64,000 bases of DNA, from positions 32,001-96,000 of IMG/VR virus record IMGVR_UViG_3300009008_000010; one strand, 5' to 3'. Made by a program: the position numbers and the translations under genes. The notes under the pieces are model-generated. The model ran no database searches and had not been told where the DNA came from. It worked only from the letters and a program-made list of their open reading frames with translations. Positions 40,001 through 49,065 of this stretch are shown in pieces. The DNA comes from a virus. Numbering within the stretch: the first letter of the stretch is position 1; the number at the start of each line of letters is the position of its first letter.

Positions 40001-40881
40001 AATGGGCTGGGACTAGCATAGCAAATGGTGGCGTTGAGGTTGGTGGCGATGCTGATATAAAAACAGATAGACGTTCCATGAATGTCACTGGCGGCGTTGT
40101 AGTGGGTGGCACAGGAAGCAATTATCTTGGTGACTTTAGCACAACTTGGGGTGGTTATTCTGAATTAATCAGCATAGAAGGAGAATTTACCACTCAACAG
40201 GGTGAACCGTTGTTGCCTGGAACTGGTTTAGTGATTGATGAATGTTCTTGTGATTCATTGCCTATTCAAGTTGCCATGACTCATAATTTAAATGATTCTC
40301 TTAAAATACAGCAATTTTTGACAAGGAATGCCGAAGAATTTCCTGAAAGAATCACTCTTTATCACAATAAGGTAAACTACTCCTGGCAGGCGAATATTCA
40401 TTTTCAAGGATGGGCTGCTGACGGGGTAACTCAGGAAACGTGGGATTTCCTTTTTGAGTGGGCATGTGTTGCTGAAGTGGGAAATATACCATTGGGCAAC
40501 ACATGGAAATGGAGCATGTATGTTAAACAGAGGAACCTTTCAACTGGGGAAGATTTTGATACAAGGATTCTTTTAGTTTTTGATTCTACTTTGGTCTGTC
40601 CTCCTCACCTGGGTCTTAGACACATATTTTCTCTAAACACGGAAGAACTTACATGGTCATTCGCATCACCGATAGGCACATATGATGCTAATGTTAATTT
40701 AAACGTTTGTACCGATAATGCTGGCATATTTAAATCTCCACAGTGGTTAAGGAGTCCTGTTTTTAAGATTGGGGTCATTCCACAGGGCACGCTCGGTAGA
40801 ACTACAGTCACCAACATTAATAATGATATTTTCAAAGATCGTACTGTATTAACAAGTGGTCCTAGTGTCCCCGTGAGGTAG
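37096..40881 (+). CDS. large virion/tail-associated protein with FG-GAP beta-propeller and GG.V.GG repeats
   Basis: About 7 FG.SV.IS.DG....IGA / AY.F..SG..W.QQQK repeats; many ~19-20 aa SGG(A/V)V(V/T)GG repeats. Confidence 0.75.
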   Translation: MSSGNILDISSWTVGTGSVTHFSAYGDGNESHRFLADDPFGNTAVVWEARPTLGDNLGGGFTGGDISIMADHNSMYRFSVWGKRTVTGTAYNGFGLTTTTGVYRRSTGQLMGTGSVFMVYDGGALNEWLLMVGFVWPSGSGMGAFHADSGIYNTSGKIADVSEEYVWETTNTALRCRNVLYQPLDAATRHRWVYPRIDLVTGDEPTVEELLSHSMGQTGAVSGGVAAPTTTYGFMPSGGATVAGWTQYPTKIISGETDGRFGLSVSISNEGDTAAIGAPDEDSVYIFTKSASGVWSEQQKITSSVADSAFGASVAVSGDGNTVVIGSPAYDSLPQITNRGIVYVYKRSGGVWTRQKIIYCGDAKIDPNHPSGEQFGHEVAISGDTIVISARFADSSWDDYDTVGGVYVHTESSGWARQQRLHADDFGNNWGFNVVDISGDTIIVGATGANSVGAAYVFTRSGETWTQQQKLTVSENSFGASVSISNDGNTAAIGSEDSVYTFVKSGATWSEQQKITPSDAEFGDQFGDSGCVSISSNGNALIVGDIYEGDPVQQLSTGAAYIFKRSGGTWTQQKRLLASDAQAGDGFGRVAISGNGNDTLVGALFADGNDGAAYFFSESPMASVSQIDFETGAGGAVVGGSVSILNEINPSGGVVVSGTAPYAYGYGISGGVVVGGDVDPTYIDFETSSGGAVTGGSASLVHEEAAHGGAVVGGSSPAAYSYPISGGAVTGGTVQINMSDSETGSGGAVTGGSAKVSLIVAEEGSGGVVVNGTASHAYGYAISGGVVVNGEADVDDSWYVPSKGAEGGDESVDTQEEDEIATHTFDAEKTFEYHAGSCVPFYWQVESRCRPVKCVIWGENQWTVVEYDYVLPTLECERKQMAIIMACTFAEVCKKMALRGFRFPIEKVLRFTQPARTGDSANPNHFDGCGTYVQEYPPVDGGSDIPLDCLDFLLEGEIESDWGVFTRVEWAGTSIANGGVEVGGDADIKTDRRSMNVTGGVVVGGTGSNYLGDFSTTWGGYSELISIEGEFTTQQGEPLLPGTGLVIDECSCDSLPIQVAMTHNLNDSLKIQQFLTRNAEEFPERITLYHNKVNYSWQANIHFQGWAADGVTQETWDFLFEWACVAEVGNIPLGNTWKWSMYVKQRNLSTGEDFDTRILLVFDSTLVCPPHLGLRHIFSLNTEELTWSFASPIGTYDANVNLNVCTDNAGIFKSPQWLRSPVFKIGVIPQGTLGRTTVTNINNDIFKDRTVLTSGPSVPVR

Positions 40882-40883
40882 TA

Positions 40884-41138
40884 ATGGAAATATTTTTACT
40901 GACAGTAATATTGCTGATATTGATATTTGACACTGTATCCACAGTTCTTGTTGGAGCGGCAACGGCTAGGAATACCGAAAACATAGAGGCAATTGCTATG
41001 GTCCTCTTGCAATCGAGAAAACCGAGCGATGCCCCAGCAGGCCATCGTTATGATCCAGGCAGTCAACTGGATGATTTACAAACACAAGAGACGCTTTTAG
41101 AGCCAAAACCAGAAGACCTCCCTGAACTTCGCAAATGA
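40884..41138 (+). CDS. small membrane protein
   Basis: N-terminal hydrophobic helix; GAGG RBS. Confidence 0.55.
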   Translation: MEIFLLTVILLILIFDTVSTVLVGAATARNTENIEAIAMVLLQSRKPSDAPAGHRYDPGSQLDDLQTQETLLEPKPEDLPELRK

Positions 41139-41219
41139 TCTTGATTTTTTCTGGAGAATACAGGAGAATACATCAGAATGCGATAGACTATAACTGATGG
41201 TTTTTGAGGATTTTGAAAA

Positions 41220-42125
41220 ATGGTACGATTCATTCTTCTTCTAGCAATTTTGTTTTCATGTGGTGCGGTCAATGCTCAGGATCGTCCTGTTCCCATTCCT
41301 GTCATCTATGAGGGAACTGTCAAAATAGAATCCGAAGATCCTCAATTGAAGGATTTGGTGTGGCATCGCTGGACGGCAGGGAAGTTCACCATTCTTGCTT
41401 TGAATGACCAGCAAGGTAAATATCTGGCACAAAACGTCAACAATATAAAATACTGGGCTTTAAGCAGGTGGGGATTGCCAGATGTGCCTCTTTCAGCAGA
41501 ATGTCGCCTCTTGTGCGTCTATGACGCCCAATTAATGAACAAGCTATTTCGTTTAACTCGTTCCAGAGTTGAGACTAGGAAAGAGAATTCACAAATAAAG
41601 ATGTATGCCGGATGGTTGCTTACGAATGCCGATCCATCTGTCACGTTACCTGTCCCCTTGACTCAAGTTTGCTTGAGTCAAGTGGATCAGGTTTATGGTT
41701 TGGGGTTGGGATTTTGGGCCAAGAGGGGGTTTGGACAACTTAATTTACCTGTTGCAAAAATTAAAGAAGAGATTGTTGCATTGCACCAGCATTTGACAAC
41801 AGGAAAAAGCGTTTATTTCTCAAAAACGCTTCTCAACATGGAACAATCAAGCTATGACAAGTTGAGTGACGAAGACAAGAATTTATTTGACAGACAATGT
41901 ATGGTCATGGTGCTTCTTTTGAGGAAGGAGTTTGGACAGCAAAAACTGCACGCTTTTATGAATTCGGATAATAATAACCCTGAATTGCTTTTAAGAAGGG
42001 TGTATTTATTTCGAGATTATAGTCAGTTTGATGTTAGTTTAATGCGTTATATGGGTGACTTATGCAAAGATGTTCTCAACTCCAAAACTCCAGATTCCTA
42101 TTTAAGTATTACTCCAGCAAAGTGA
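41220..42125 (+). CDS. secreted protein, possibly degenerate clan MA peptidase fold
   Basis: Signal peptide ending VNA-Q; no HExxH. Confidence 0.55.
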   Translation: MVRFILLLAILFSCGAVNAQDRPVPIPVIYEGTVKIESEDPQLKDLVWHRWTAGKFTILALNDQQGKYLAQNVNNIKYWALSRWGLPDVPLSAECRLLCVYDAQLMNKLFRLTRSRVETRKENSQIKMYAGWLLTNADPSVTLPVPLTQVCLSQVDQVYGLGLGFWAKRGFGQLNLPVAKIKEEIVALHQHLTTGKSVYFSKTLLNMEQSSYDKLSDEDKNLFDRQCMVMVLLLRKEFGQQKLHAFMNSDNNNPELLLRRVYLFRDYSQFDVSLMRYMGDLCKDVLNSKTPDSYLSITPAK

Positions 42126-42169
42126 GAGGCATCTATACTAAATAGATGTAGGCTAACAAAGGAGGTTTT

Positions 42170-42466
42170 ATGGGAGTTTTTTCAGTCGTAATGTGGTTAA
42201 TTTACGGCCTTATCGTAGGTTTATTTGCGAAAGCATTGCACCCTGGCGATGATCCTGTGGGATTTTTACCTACAATCGGAGTAGGTGTAGCAGGTTCTTT
42301 TGTTGGTGGCTTGATAAATTATGTTTTAGGTAACGGTTCAAGTCCTCTACAATCATCTGGCATCCTTATGGGCGTCATAGGTGGTGTGATTTTTTTGGTG
42401 ATTTTCCGATGGGGCAAACTAAAATATAGTGGTAGAAGTTTCTGGACCGGGAGACGTTTATATTGA
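42170..42466 (+). CDS. GlsB/YeaQ/YmgE (transglycosylase-associated) membrane protein
   Basis: WLIYGLIVGLFAKALHPG..P.G..PTI..GVAGSFVGG. Confidence 0.88.
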   Translation: MGVFSVVMWLIYGLIVGLFAKALHPGDDPVGFLPTIGVGVAGSFVGGLINYVLGNGSSPLQSSGILMGVIGGVIFLVIFRWGKLKYSGRSFWTGRRLY

Positions 42467-42693
42467 TTTCTGAGGAAATAACCTTAGCATTAAGGAAACG
42501 ATATTCGGAAATTCCACCTTTAATTTTTCAAAGATCGGTGGATAGGGCTAGAAATGATACTGAACTTTTTGATATATTGGAGGGAATACCAAAGAAGTAT
42601 CCATTAGTTTGGTGTGATAAGAAACGTTGCTGGACAACAGCAAAGGACTTGTTAGCGACATGGAGTTTCGATTTCGGGAGGATTAAAAAATGA
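42463..42693 (+). CDS. hypothetical protein
   Basis: Coupled ORF with GGAG RBS. Confidence 0.55.
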   Translation: MISEEITLALRKRYSEIPPLIFQRSVDRARNDTELFDILEGIPKKYPLVWCDKKRCWTTAKDLLATWSFDFGRIKK

Positions 42694-43424
42694 ACGCATT
42701 AGTTGCAGTCGCATTACTAACAGTAGGACAGTGTGGTAGTGGTGGGGTTTATTACTCCCAACCTGTTTACACTCAAGCCTACACCTATACCGCGCCAGCC
42801 GTGGTATATAGCGAACCCGTTGTTCATTACAAAATCTGTAATGAAGGGAAGATTTACTCAAAGTTTTACGTGCCAGTGAAGATGCCTAATGGCAGGACCA
42901 TTAAAGTTCCTGTGATTAATGGTATGCTTCCCCGCGTAAGAACTGTATACCAAGGTGGTTATGAGCATAGGATTTGCACATATAATACTGGGGTATATTT
43001 TAAAGGTGGTGTTCCTCAATACCATACGGCAACAAGTGCCACGCAAACGAATGGCACTAACGGACATTCATTGCCCGCAACGCCTATGAGAGAAACTTCA
43101 CCAGCAGATGTTATAAGGGATGTGCCTCAAACGCCATCTCGCACATCATCGAATGGTCGGGCTGTTATAAATCACCCGCCCAAGTTGCAGGAGATGCCAC
43201 GTAGAGATACAGATCAGTCTTCGGAACTTGATAAAAAGATGGTTCCTGTCACTCCTTTAAGAAGCACTCTTGAAGTGAGAGAAGTGCCAGCACCTACACC
43301 TAAAAGGGTTATTCCTAAATTGGATGCACCAACAGATAGGGTAGAGGGCTTTGGAAAAGAACCTTATCAGTTTAAAACCTCAGACGAACCTGACTTTACG
43401 AGGGAATTTCCCAAATACGAATAG
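42690..43424 (+). CDS. secreted protein with Pro-rich tail
   Basis: MNALVAVALLTVGQC leader. Confidence 0.6.
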   Translation: MNALVAVALLTVGQCGSGGVYYSQPVYTQAYTYTAPAVVYSEPVVHYKICNEGKIYSKFYVPVKMPNGRTIKVPVINGMLPRVRTVYQGGYEHRICTYNTGVYFKGGVPQYHTATSATQTNGTNGHSLPATPMRETSPADVIRDVPQTPSRTSSNGRAVINHPPKLQEMPRRDTDQSSELDKKMVPVTPLRSTLEVREVPAPTPKRVIPKLDAPTDRVEGFGKEPYQFKTSDEPDFTREFPKYE

Positions 43425-43538
43425 AAAACAAATGAATAGCGTAAGCAGTCCCGAAGGCACTCCACAAGTGGGAGATTAAGTTCATCCACGGTTGGAGAGT
43501 CTCGCAGGCTGCTTTTTTAATTTACAAGGGCGAAAGAA

Positions 43539-44657
43539 ATGAAAGGACGAAAGCGAGTTTTACTAACTGGCTCTGGTGGTTTTATCGGAGCGCACTGTGT
43601 TGAATACTTCCTAGACAACACTAAATGGGATCTAATTTGCCTGGATTCTTTCCGACATAAAGGCACCCACCGTAGAACCCAAGATGTTGTCGGTGAGGAA
43701 AAATTAAAAGAGGCGATGGCTAGTGGTCGCCTTCTGATGTTAAAACATGATCTGTCCGTTCCCATTGATCCTCAACTAGAGAATTTGATAATGGACAGAC
43801 AAATTGACGACCGTGGAAACATTGTCGAATCAAAATTGGATTACATCATCAATATGGCAAGCGAGAGTGCAGTTGAGCGCTCGGTTGATGATCCAACTCC
43901 ATGTCTAAGAAACAATTACGAGCTTGTCATAAACATGCTGGAATTTGCCCGTCGTGTGAAGCCCAGCATTTTTTATCAGGTTAGCACCGATGAAGTATAT
44001 GGAGAGGCACAGCCTGATCAAGCCCATACCGAATGGGACGTGATTATGCCTTCTAATCCGTATGCCGCCAGTAAGGCCGCACAAGAAGCTGTGGCTATTT
44101 CTTACTGGAGAAGTTATGATGTTCCTGTAGTCCTTACTAATACCATGAACAATTTTGGGGAAGGACAAGATCCAGAAAAATTTATTCCCAAGATTGTAAA
44201 GATGGTAGCGTCGGGTAAAGAGATGCCTGTTTATGCTGATATGGCCGAAGCAGATCGCGCTGACTTTATCAGCAACCACCAAGAAGGCGACGAGTTTTGG
44301 AATATTGGTGCAAGGTATTATTTACATGCCAAAAACCATGCAGACGTATTCGTGTTCTTATCTCAGTTTGAACCTGCGATGTATCGAGATGGTGCTTTGC
44401 GTCCCGATAGATATAATGTGTGTGGCGACGTTGAATTCAACAACTTAGAAATGGCTCAGATGATCGCCAAATTTGTTGGTAAAGAGCTTAAATATAAATT
44501 AGTTCCTTCTGAATCAGCCCGGAAAGGTTATGATCGCCGTTATGCCTTAGATGGCACCTGTTTGAGGAAGATGGGGTGGAAGATGCCTCTCACTTTCGAG
44601 GAGAGCATCGAGCAAGTTGTGCGGTGGACTTTGAATAATCCACATTGGGCTGTTTAA
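43539..44657 (+). CDS. rmlB: dTDP-glucose 4,6-dehydratase-like NAD-dependent epimerase
   Basis: TGSGGFIG, STDEVYG, PSNPYAASKAA, NNFG..Q.PEKFIP, GYDRRYALD. Confidence 0.9.
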   Translation: MKGRKRVLLTGSGGFIGAHCVEYFLDNTKWDLICLDSFRHKGTHRRTQDVVGEEKLKEAMASGRLLMLKHDLSVPIDPQLENLIMDRQIDDRGNIVESKLDYIINMASESAVERSVDDPTPCLRNNYELVINMLEFARRVKPSIFYQVSTDEVYGEAQPDQAHTEWDVIMPSNPYAASKAAQEAVAISYWRSYDVPVVLTNTMNNFGEGQDPEKFIPKIVKMVASGKEMPVYADMAEADRADFISNHQEGDEFWNIGARYYLHAKNHADVFVFLSQFEPAMYRDGALRPDRYNVCGDVEFNNLEMAQMIAKFVGKELKYKLVPSESARKGYDRRYALDGTCLRKMGWKMPLTFEESIEQVVRWTLNNPHWAV

Positions 44658-44661
44658 CATA

Positions 44662-44698
44662 GAGCCTTGGGGAGCTTCCCCAAGGCTCACTTTTTTTC
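44662..44698 (+). terminator. rho-independent terminator
   Basis: GAGCCTTGGGGA-GCT-TCCCCAAGGCTC followed by a T-tract. Confidence 0.8.
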
Positions 44699-44730
44699 AC
44701 TTCTCCGATTTCTATGCTATAATAGTTGTC

Positions 44731-45048
44731 ATGGGAAAAAATTGGAGGTTCAAACCAGAAGGGGATGAAATGAAGGAATTCGCCCGTCAGTTCATGTTTG
44801 GGGAGTGTTGGTGCTTGACTGCGCCTGCATCCGTGATCAGCGTGTTGGCGACGTGTTATTGGTTTGGCGCGTATAGTTTGTTGGTTGGGTTTGGGGTGAT
44901 GGTAATTCTCAGAACGATTATGGCCTTCGCATATTTGGATGAACCCAAATCAGAGGAAAAAGAAAAAACCATTTCCTCAGTAAGTTTTGTTGTTACTCAG
45001 CGTGGTGCTGAGTCAAGTGTTGGAAAAGTAGGAGTAGGAAGTAAGTGA
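44731..45048 (+). CDS. membrane protein
   Basis: Two hydrophobic segments; TGCTATAAT upstream. Confidence 0.55.
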   Translation: MGKNWRFKPEGDEMKEFARQFMFGECWCLTAPASVISVLATCYWFGAYSLLVGFGVMVILRTIMAFAYLDEPKSEEKEKTISSVSFVVTQRGAESSVGKVGVGSK

Positions 45049-45767
45049 TTTATTTTACATCGGATTGGCATTGGGACCACAACAGGATTATGACGTATTG
45101 CCGTCGCCTCGATTTTATGTCGAGTAGCGAACGCGCTCGATTTCTGGAAACCGAGGCGCAATATAATGAGGCGGTTGCACGGGGCGACGACGACGCCTAT
45201 GACATAATGAAGAGTCTCCCTCGCTACAGCCGTGAATCGGTCAACCGCATGAATGATTGCATTATTGACAATTGCAATTCGGTTGCGCGTGAGGGGGATA
45301 CGATTGTTTTTCAGGGCGATATTATTTTTGGCGAATATGCCCGCCTAAGAGAACTTCGTCGCCGGATTGTTTGTCGTGATCTAAGAATGATTTGGGGCAA
45401 CCACGATAAGAGACTCAGGAAATTGTGGGAGGCGGATAAAACCGTTTTTTACGATCTCTTTTCATCGTGCAAAGACGTAGATACTATTAGATATAACAAT
45501 CAAAAAATATGGGTAAGTCATTATGCCCATGCGGTTTGGGATCAATCCCATCGCGGTGTGTGGCATTGTTATGGGCATTCGCACGCTAATTTTGAACATT
45601 GGCGCGAAGAACATATGCCGCACGCCAAAATGATTGATGTGGGTATTGATTACCGAGCTAGGCTGGGACATGGTTACTCACTATGGAGCGTTGATGATTT
45701 GAGGGAGCGTTTTGAGAATCTGGATGGCCAGTCCGTAGATCATCATCGACCGGGGGATGGAAAATAA
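45045..45767 (+). CDS. calcineurin-like metallophosphoesterase
   Basis: SDWHWDH, GD, GNHD, SHY, GHSH. Confidence 0.9.
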   Translation: MIYFTSDWHWDHNRIMTYCRRLDFMSSSERARFLETEAQYNEAVARGDDDAYDIMKSLPRYSRESVNRMNDCIIDNCNSVAREGDTIVFQGDIIFGEYARLRELRRRIVCRDLRMIWGNHDKRLRKLWEADKTVFYDLFSSCKDVDTIRYNNQKIWVSHYAHAVWDQSHRGVWHCYGHSHANFEHWREEHMPHAKMIDVGIDYRARLGHGYSLWSVDDLRERFENLDGQSVDHHRPGDGK

Positions 45768-45937
45768 ACCTTTTTACGCTGTTTTTAAAAACAGGCAATT
45801 GATAGAATTAACCACAAGTGCGGAAAAAGCAGTCAGAAAATATGTGTCAGATGCATCACCTTCTTCGGGCATTTTTCGAGTGATGACAATTGACGATCTG
45901 GCTGCGATTTTCGCCAAAAGTTACAAGAAGGAACAGG

Positions 45938-46171
45938 ATGGCTAAGGAAGAAGCGTTGACGGTTCAAGGTGTGGTAACACAGGCTTTGCCTAATACCACG
46001 TTCAGGGTAGAGATTGATATGCCGGATAGTGACAATATGCCCACAATTCTTGCGCATTTGTGTGGAAAAATGCGCAAGAATTATATTAAAATTGTTCCTG
46101 GGGACAAGGTTAAGGTAGAACTATCCCCTTATGACCTAACCAAAGGGCGTATCGTTTTCCGAGAGAGATAA
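45938..46171 (+). CDS. infA: translation initiation factor IF-1
   Basis: MAKEEA..V.G.V..ALPN..FRV...[34 protein letters not shown]. Confidence 0.96.
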   Translation: MAKEEALTVQGVVTQALPNTTFRVEIDMPDSDNMPTILAHLCGKMRKNYIKIVPGDKVKVELSPYDLTKGRIVFRER

Positions 46172-46209
46172 GGCGATTTTTTGAGCCGGTTCCTTCACAA
46201 TGCTATCAA

Positions 46210-46785
46210 ATGAGCTACAATGAGCTTATGATTGCTTGTTCTCGTCACAAAATGTTCGAGGAAAACATCAGTCTGGTGACAAGTTATGTTTTGAAACATC
46301 ACCCCCCAGATGGTGGATTTCCTGTAGAGGATACCGAAGAGTATTCATGGGGGAGTTTTGGCCTCTGGAAAGCCTGTTTAACCTTTGAGGTTGATCAGGG
46401 TAACAAGTTCTCTACCTACGCCTATTACTGCATACGAAATGCCATTATCAACGGGTTTCGGCAAAATTCTCGACTAGCTCCCACGATTGATCCGCTTGAA
46501 ATTGATGGAAAAAATTGTAGTTCGGATGATGTTCACAATCCATTTCAAATGGTGGAACTTATCTTGAAAGAGGGCAACGACGAGAAGCCCAGAGATAAGG
46601 TGGACAGACAGATGTTGGTAATGTACTACCTAGACGACATGACTTTGGAAGAGGTAGGAAAACGATTCCAGGTTACGAAGAATCGGGTTCGTCAACGGAT
46701 AGGTAGAGCCATTAAAGTTATTCGCCAGAGGTATCGGTCTTTATTTGAGAGTGATCAAAATGCCCAAGAATCTTTCGGAATTTGA
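46210..46785 (+). CDS. sigma-70 family RNA polymerase sigma factor
   Basis: Region 2 GLWKA..F....GNKFSTYAYYCIRNAI; region 4 MTLEEVGKRFQVTKNRVRQ. Confidence 0.88.
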   Translation: MSYNELMIACSRHKMFEENISLVTSYVLKHHPPDGGFPVEDTEEYSWGSFGLWKACLTFEVDQGNKFSTYAYYCIRNAIINGFRQNSRLAPTIDPLEIDGKNCSSDDVHNPFQMVELILKEGNDEKPRDKVDRQMLVMYYLDDMTLEEVGKRFQVTKNRVRQRIGRAIKVIRQRYRSLFESDQNAQESFGI

Positions 46786-47923
46786 ATACAAAGTTGTCGA
46801 TGGGGCAGTTACGGAATGCCTGTCTTCAAAAAAGTTCCAAGAGGCTATCCAAGCCGCCATTCAAGCCTCCGTTTCAGGGGCGTCTCAGAAGGTCCAGGGT
46901 GACATTCAAAGAATCGCAGAGGAATGCTGCAATGGTTTTCGGACTGATCTGAAAAAAAGCATTGCAGCTTTTTGTGATGATTGGATGTCGAAAACAGGCA
47001 ACTTTGAAGTTGTTCCAAGGAACACCCGTCTTTTGAAGTCAGTGGGCAACTATCGCATTTGCGTTGTGGAACAAGAGCCGTGCGTCCGAACACTCTCTTG
47101 GAGTCATGGTCGTGATGGTGGTGGTGATGGCACCTACCGTTTGGCTTTGCCTTACGTTGTTTTCATCGTGTATGTTGATGCTCGCGGCACGTTGGGCGGC
47201 ATTCATGTAGCCTTTGCTGATCAACCCCTTACATCGCTCAAAAGCAACATTTATGGTGCGGCTTTGCCCAACTTGAATGAGGATTTAAGCGTTTGCACGG
47301 GTGACATGATTCAAAAACGTCACAATAAAGTATCAAGCGGTCGCCAAGGAAATAGAGGCGCAGCCAATGCTGAATGGACGCTTTGTGAAGTTGTTGAAGA
47401 GGTGATTGCCGGTTTCTGGGGCAGCACATTCAACAATGATCTGAACACCAACTTTCAAAAGATGAATGGCGATCCAAGACTTGCTTCGCCCCAAGCATGG
47501 GAGGAAGCATCAGCGCAAGACCCCTTGTTTGTCTTGGGTGTCAAGTGGAAGGGTCGTCGTCGTCTTGAACAACTGCTAAATAAAATCACGAATGACGAAG
47601 TGCGAATGCAGTTCGCTCCGATTATTGATGGTGCGGTCGTGAATGCCAGCACTAGGTTGAACCAATATCTCTTGGATTTTGCGACCCAAGGGATTGCGGT
47701 CAGTGGAAACCGTCGTGCAGTTGGTCAATTTAGAAGTCGCCTTTATGATTTCATGTATCAGGCTGCTCAAAGTGTCTGTGAGGATGTTAAAAGGCAATAC
47801 CAGAAAGACTACGATACCAAGTTGGCCCGCGAATTGGAGAAGAAATCCCGTTCAAAGACTCCGCAAAAGCGGACATACACTGATGATTATTTGTATAGAG
47901 CGCCTGAGGAGGCAACGTGGTAA
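46760..47923 (+). CDS. prokaryotic E2-like protein (family D / PRTRC protein B-like), copy 1
   Basis: VVEQEP..RT, LALPYVVF, LPNLNEDLSVCTG (Cys), FWGSTFNND. Confidence 0.7.
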   Translation: MPKNLSEFEYKVVDGAVTECLSSKKFQEAIQAAIQASVSGASQKVQGDIQRIAEECCNGFRTDLKKSIAAFCDDWMSKTGNFEVVPRNTRLLKSVGNYRICVVEQEPCVRTLSWSHGRDGGGDGTYRLALPYVVFIVYVDARGTLGGIHVAFADQPLTSLKSNIYGAALPNLNEDLSVCTGDMIQKRHNKVSSGRQGNRGAANAEWTLCEVVEEVIAGFWGSTFNNDLNTNFQKMNGDPRLASPQAWEEASAQDPLFVLGVKWKGRRRLEQLLNKITNDEVRMQFAPIIDGAVVNASTRLNQYLLDFATQGIAVSGNRRAVGQFRSRLYDFMYQAAQSVCEDVKRQYQKDYDTKLARELEKKSRSKTPQKRTYTDDYLYRAPEEATW

Positions 47924-48984
47924 GTCTAACGGATTTAATTGACGTAGACGAACTTGCGGAACAAATTACAAAACAAGCAATCAGTCGAGCCAAAGAATTG
48001 GTTGCTAATAAAGTGGTGGCGCGTTCAGGAGACGATGTTTCTAGATCGCTTCTGAACGTAGCCAACGCTTTGGAAAAAAGTGTTGCCGGTAAGTTCGAGG
48101 TTTGGGCTGATCAGGATGGCAAATTCGTTGCTCCTACTGGGACAAGATTTGTTCATCACACCAAAAATGTAACGATTTTTGTTGTCGAACAAAAGCCGTG
48201 TTATCGTACAATTAATGTTTCTCCTGCTGCAATTGCTGAGTTTAGCAGGAAGCACGGGAATCAATCAAGAAAAAGAGGAATTGCTAAAACACTTCACCTT
48301 CCTTTCCCTTATGTGATTTATGTTCCGGTTTTTTGTCGCGGACAGTTTCAAGGGATGGGGGTTTACTACAGCAATAAGCCCGTTTCTTCTTTGACTCAGG
48401 CTTTGCATTATAATAATTTGCCCAACTTTGTAGGTGGCGGCAAGTCTTATTGTAGCGGCAATGCAGAGCGTGATATTGGGATGAATTTGGGTCAGAGGGT
48501 TGAGTCTACAATCAGGGGTTTTTGGAACAGTAATTTTAATAATGATGCTTCAGGCAATTGGGCAGGAAAAAGACAACCTTTTAAATCGTTGACAAAGTGG
48601 GCGAACTTATCGCTTCTTGAGATCACAAAAGTTAAATGGTGTCCTGCGACTTCGGTAGAAAAAATCATCAAAGATTGGCAGAAACAGAGTGGTAAAAGGC
48701 CCAATAAAAGTTTGGTAAAGGCTGTTTGTCAAGATACTGCGCCAGACATAGAACGGGCTATCCTATCTTCCTTGAAGAGGGTTAGAATAGGCAAAAGGGA
48801 TGAAACCGCGTTGCGGGGCGAGATCGGATCACTCATTGAGCAAAAATTGGAGTCCGTCAACGTAACGACAACGAAAAAAGTTGCCGCAAAAAAAACCACA
48901 AAAAAAAGAGTGGTGAAGAAGAAGAAAGTCCCGAAAAAAGCGGTGAAAAAGAAGAGTGTACGCCGACGTAAAATTGGGGATTAG
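47917..48984 (+). CDS. prokaryotic E2-like protein (family D), copy 2, with Lys-rich tail
   Basis: VVEQKP..RT, LPFPYVIY, LPNFVGGGKSYCSG, FWNSNFNND. Confidence 0.68.
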   Translation: MVSLTDLIDVDELAEQITKQAISRAKELVANKVVARSGDDVSRSLLNVANALEKSVAGKFEVWADQDGKFVAPTGTRFVHHTKNVTIFVVEQKPCYRTINVSPAAIAEFSRKHGNQSRKRGIAKTLHLPFPYVIYVPVFCRGQFQGMGVYYSNKPVSSLTQALHYNNLPNFVGGGKSYCSGNAERDIGMNLGQRVESTIRGFWNSNFNNDASGNWAGKRQPFKSLTKWANLSLLEITKVKWCPATSVEKIIKDWQKQSGKRPNKSLVKAVCQDTAPDIERAILSSLKRVRIGKRDETALRGEIGSLIEQKLESVNVTTTKKVAAKKTTKKRVVKKKKVPKKAVKKKSVRRRKIGD

Positions 48985-49065
48985 CTTCACAATCGGGTTT
49001 TTTGTGTTAAAAAGGTATTACGAAGTCTGCAATCGAAATTCATTTTGGAAATGAGAGGGTAATCC

